Shown here piece by piece: positions 62,060-64,000 of a DNA stretch of 64,000 bases (position 1 is the first letter of the stretch; each line of letters begins with the position of its first letter). The stretch covers positions 2,273 through 66,272 of the forward strand of contig JBLKOL010000001.1 of the NCBI GenBank assembly GCA_047602765.1. Direction: 5' to 3'. The notes under the pieces are model-generated. The model made no database searches. It was not told the origin of the DNA and worked only from the letters and a program-made list of their open reading frames with translations. This DNA comes from Candidatus Woesearchaeota archaeon. GTDB taxonomy: Archaea; Nanobdellota; Nanobdellia; Woesearchaeales; WAPJ01. Made by a program: the position numbers and the translations under genes.

Positions 62060-63205
62060 ATGAACCTCTCAGATATCTCCGCAGAACGCGTATTGCTCCG
62101 TGCCGACCTCAACGTTCCGATAGAGGATGGTGAGGTCAATGGTATGCAGCGGCTCCGCGCTGTTGCTCCGACGATCCGCCAGCTCCTCAAGCAGGGCAAT
62201 TCGCTTGTCATCACCTCACACCTCGGTCGCCCTCAAGGACGCCAGAAGCGCTACTCGCTCAGACCTGTCGCACAGGCGCTCTCAACGCTCATCAAGACCG
62301 ACATTCTCTTCGCACCGGACGCGCTCAGCCAGCGCGCCTCGAGCACTGCTCGCTCGCTCAAACAGGGCCAGGTGCTCATGCTCGAGAACCTGCGCTACTA
62401 TCCTGAAGAAGAAGCGAACGATCCTGCCTTCGCAGAACACCTCGCCTCGCTCGCGACGGTCTATGTGAACGATGCGTTCAGCGTCTGCCACCGCAACCAT
62501 GCGTCGGTCGTCGGAGTACCCAAGCACCTTCCGTCCGCGTTCGGACTCAACATCCTCGCTGAGATCGAAGCGCTCGACGGGTTGCTCGAGCCGAGAAAGC
62601 CGGCGCTCGCCATCATCGGAGGAGCGAAGATATCGACGAAGCTCGGACTGCTCGAGAGCCTCTCCAAGCGCTACTCTTCGATCATCATAGGTGGAGCGAT
62701 GGCGTTCACGCTCCTCAAGGCGCAGGGTGTGTGTGTCGGCCGATCGAAAGTCGAAGAGTCGATGCTGCCCAAGGCCCGTCGGCTGCTCAAACGAGCGAAC
62801 CTGATCCTCCCGTCGGATGCCGTGGTCACGCGGACCGTCTCAGCGCATGCCAAGCGCACGGTCAAGCCTATCGACGAACTCGACCCTGAAGACATCGGTC
62901 TTGACATCGGACCTGGTTCTGTCGAGCTCTTCGCGCGCCACATCGCCAAGGCGAAGACCGTTGTGTGGAACGGTCCGATGGGACTCTTCGAACTCTCCGC
63001 GTTCGCCAAGGGAACCTATGGTGTGGCTCGCTTGCTCGCCGATGCGAAGGCGAACGTCGTCATCGGAGGAGGGGATACTGTTGCGGCCATCGAGCGTATC
63101 AGGCTCCAGAAGCGTTATGCGCACGTCTCGACGGGTGGTGGTGCGATGCTCGAATACCTCGAACTCGGAAGCCTTCCGGGTATCGACGTGATCCGCACGT
63201 CGTGA
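62060..63205 (+). CDS. pgk: Phosphoglycerate kinase (bacterial-like SHLGRP type)
   Basis: RADLNVP, TSHLGRP, IIGGAKISTK, GGGDT motifs. Confidence 0.95.
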   Translation: MNLSDISAERVLLRADLNVPIEDGEVNGMQRLRAVAPTIRQLLKQGNSLVITSHLGRPQGRQKRYSLRPVAQALSTLIKTDILFAPDALSQRASSTARSLKQGQVLMLENLRYYPEEEANDPAFAEHLASLATVYVNDAFSVCHRNHASVVGVPKHLPSAFGLNILAEIEALDGLLEPRKPALAIIGGAKISTKLGLLESLSKRYSSIIIGGAMAFTLLKAQGVCVGRSKVEESMLPKARRLLKRANLILPSDAVVTRTVSAHAKRTVKPIDELDPEDIGLDIGPGSVELFARHIAKAKTVVWNGPMGLFELSAFAKGTYGVARLLADAKANVVIGGGDTVAAIERIRLQKRYAHVSTGGGAMLEYLELGSLPGIDVIRTS

Positions 63206-63268
63206 ATCCGACGAGCGTTCGGCTGTGCGTGGTCGATCGTTCCTGCCGTTCATGAAACCTTTATAATT

Positions 63269-63277
63269 CGTTATCAC
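63269..63277 (+). promoter_or_regulatory. TATA box for 63303 gene
   Basis: ctttataat about 30 nt upstream of ATG 63303. Confidence 0.45.
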
Positions 63278-63302
63278 TTTCCGATGAGAACCAGGGGGTT
63301 GT

Positions 63303-64000
63303 ATGGAACAGATATCTTCGATCGAATCACGTACCCGTGCCTCGTTCTCACGGGTCAAACGAGACATCGACGCACTCAAAGCTCAGATCGCCAAGCTCCG
63401 TTCGCGTGACGATGCGCTCGACCACGCGCTTTCGGATTACGTTCGTTCCGGCGAGTTCTACGAGCGTATCAAGCGTATCGACGAACGCTTCTCACAACTC
63501 TCCGATGAGTATGTGACGGCGGACGAGTTCGAGAAGGGAGTGGCGCGTCTTGTCAAGGAAACCTCCTCGCTCTCGAAACGGATCGCGGGTGCGGAGAAGG
63601 CCGATCTCTCGCCCGAGGTCGCTTCGATGCGCAAAGAGCTCGAATCCCTCTCGCGCACGACACTCCAGCGCAAGCCGTTCGACGAATTCGTCGACAAGGC
63701 GACGTCTCGGATCGAAGGCTTCGATACGAAGCTCGAACGCATCGACGAACGCATGAAGCGTCTCGAGTCCGTCGAGAAACGCATCGGAGCGCTCGAATCG
63801 GTCGAGGAGAACACCAAGCGCATCGCCGAGCATGAGAAGGTGCTCAGAAGGCTTGAAGGTTTCGATGCTAAGGCGCTCGAGAAACGCCTTGCGACGCTCG
63901 AATCGAATGCGATCGGTGAAGAAGCTGTGCGTGCGATCACGCTCAACGAACTCGAGAACGCTGTCCGTGTCGAAGAGCTCAACGAGAAGATCGACGAGTT
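63303..64000 (+). CDS. Partial CDS (runs off right edge): coiled-coil protein MEQISSIESRTRASFSRVKRDIDALKAQIAKL...
   Basis: Frame open from ATG 63303 to the window end (232 codons); heptad-like E/K/R/L repeats; not in ORF track because no stop; listed minus-strand ORFs here are shadows. Confidence 0.6.
   Translation, partial: MEQISSIESRTRASFSRVKRDIDALKAQIAKLRSRDDALDHALSDYVRSGEFYERIKRIDERFSQLSDEYVTADEFEKGVARLVKETSSLSKRIAGAEKADLSPEVASMRKELESLSRTTLQRKPFDEFVDKATSRIEGFDTKLERIDERMKRLESVEKRIGALESVEENTKRIAEHEKVLRRLEGFDAKALEKRLATLESNAIGEEAVRAITLNELENAVRVEELNEKIDE

Noticed and set aside
63458-63982. 174-aa Ser/Arg-rich minus-strand ORF at the right edge
   Set aside because: It is a shadow of the open plus-strand coiled-coil frame that starts at 63303 behind a TATA box.
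1-64000. Search for CRISPR arrays, rRNA or tRNA genes, IS elements and integrases
   Set aside because: I saw no direct-repeat or spacer periodicity, no tRNA-like T-loop/acceptor pattern in intergenic gaps, and no transposase or integrase-like ORF. Absence of tRNAs cannot be guaranteed without tRNAscan-SE or Infernal.

Overview
This 64 kb window is a gene-dense archaeal chromosome segment. I annotate about 80 coding sequences and see no rRNA, tRNA, CRISPR array or transposase by eye.

**Why archaeal.** Nearly every intergenic gap holds an isolated AT-rich TATA box (CTTATATG, TTTATAAG or TTTAAA type) about 23-30 nt upstream of the start codon, so most transcripts look leaderless. Several gene families point the same way:
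- class III (type IV pilin-like) signal peptides
- herA-mre11
- RibL-type FAD synthase
- a circularly permuted GTPase
- an MJ1255-like glycosyltransferase

Proteins are strongly acidic (D/E-rich), and the NDK-like gene resembles haloarchaeal NDK. From this I infer a halophilic, probably small-genome archaeon (DPANN or Nanohaloarchaeota-like). That assignment is inference only.

**Recognisable content.**
- lemA-htpX
- a sufB-sufD-sufS-sufC operon, with a 404-aa LAGLIDADG intein inside sufB
- a MacB-type ABC transporter that includes a secreted Ig-like domain protein
- many nucleotide house-cleaning enzymes: Ham1, Maf, an HD 5'-nucleotidase, four to five Nudix proteins and an NDK-like gene
- gatB, topA, a type I gap, pgk, a DEAD-box helicase, a DHH phosphoesterase, a subtilase and three glycosyltransferases
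- two toxin-antitoxin-like pairs

**Most interesting locus (48.3-55.1 kb, minus strand).** Five translationally coupled genes all begin with a very short MRG|Q-type class III signal peptide. One is an 892-aa, heavily sequon-decorated von Willebrand A (vWA, MIDAS) protein with an 8-Cys insertion. Directly upstream sits a membrane-anchored Lon-type S16 protease that has no AAA+ module. No pilus ATPase, platform protein or prepilin peptidase lies in the window.

**Other notable points.**
- a catalytically degenerate M17 aminopeptidase homologue
- a histone-H1-like Lys/Thr/Ala/Pro-rich protein in an otherwise acidic proteome
- an NDK-like gene interrupted by an in-frame TAG
- several small ORFs supported by a TATA box but absent from the ORF track

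**Limits.** All calls rest on motif recognition by eye. Start codons were chosen by TATA spacing and are approximate.
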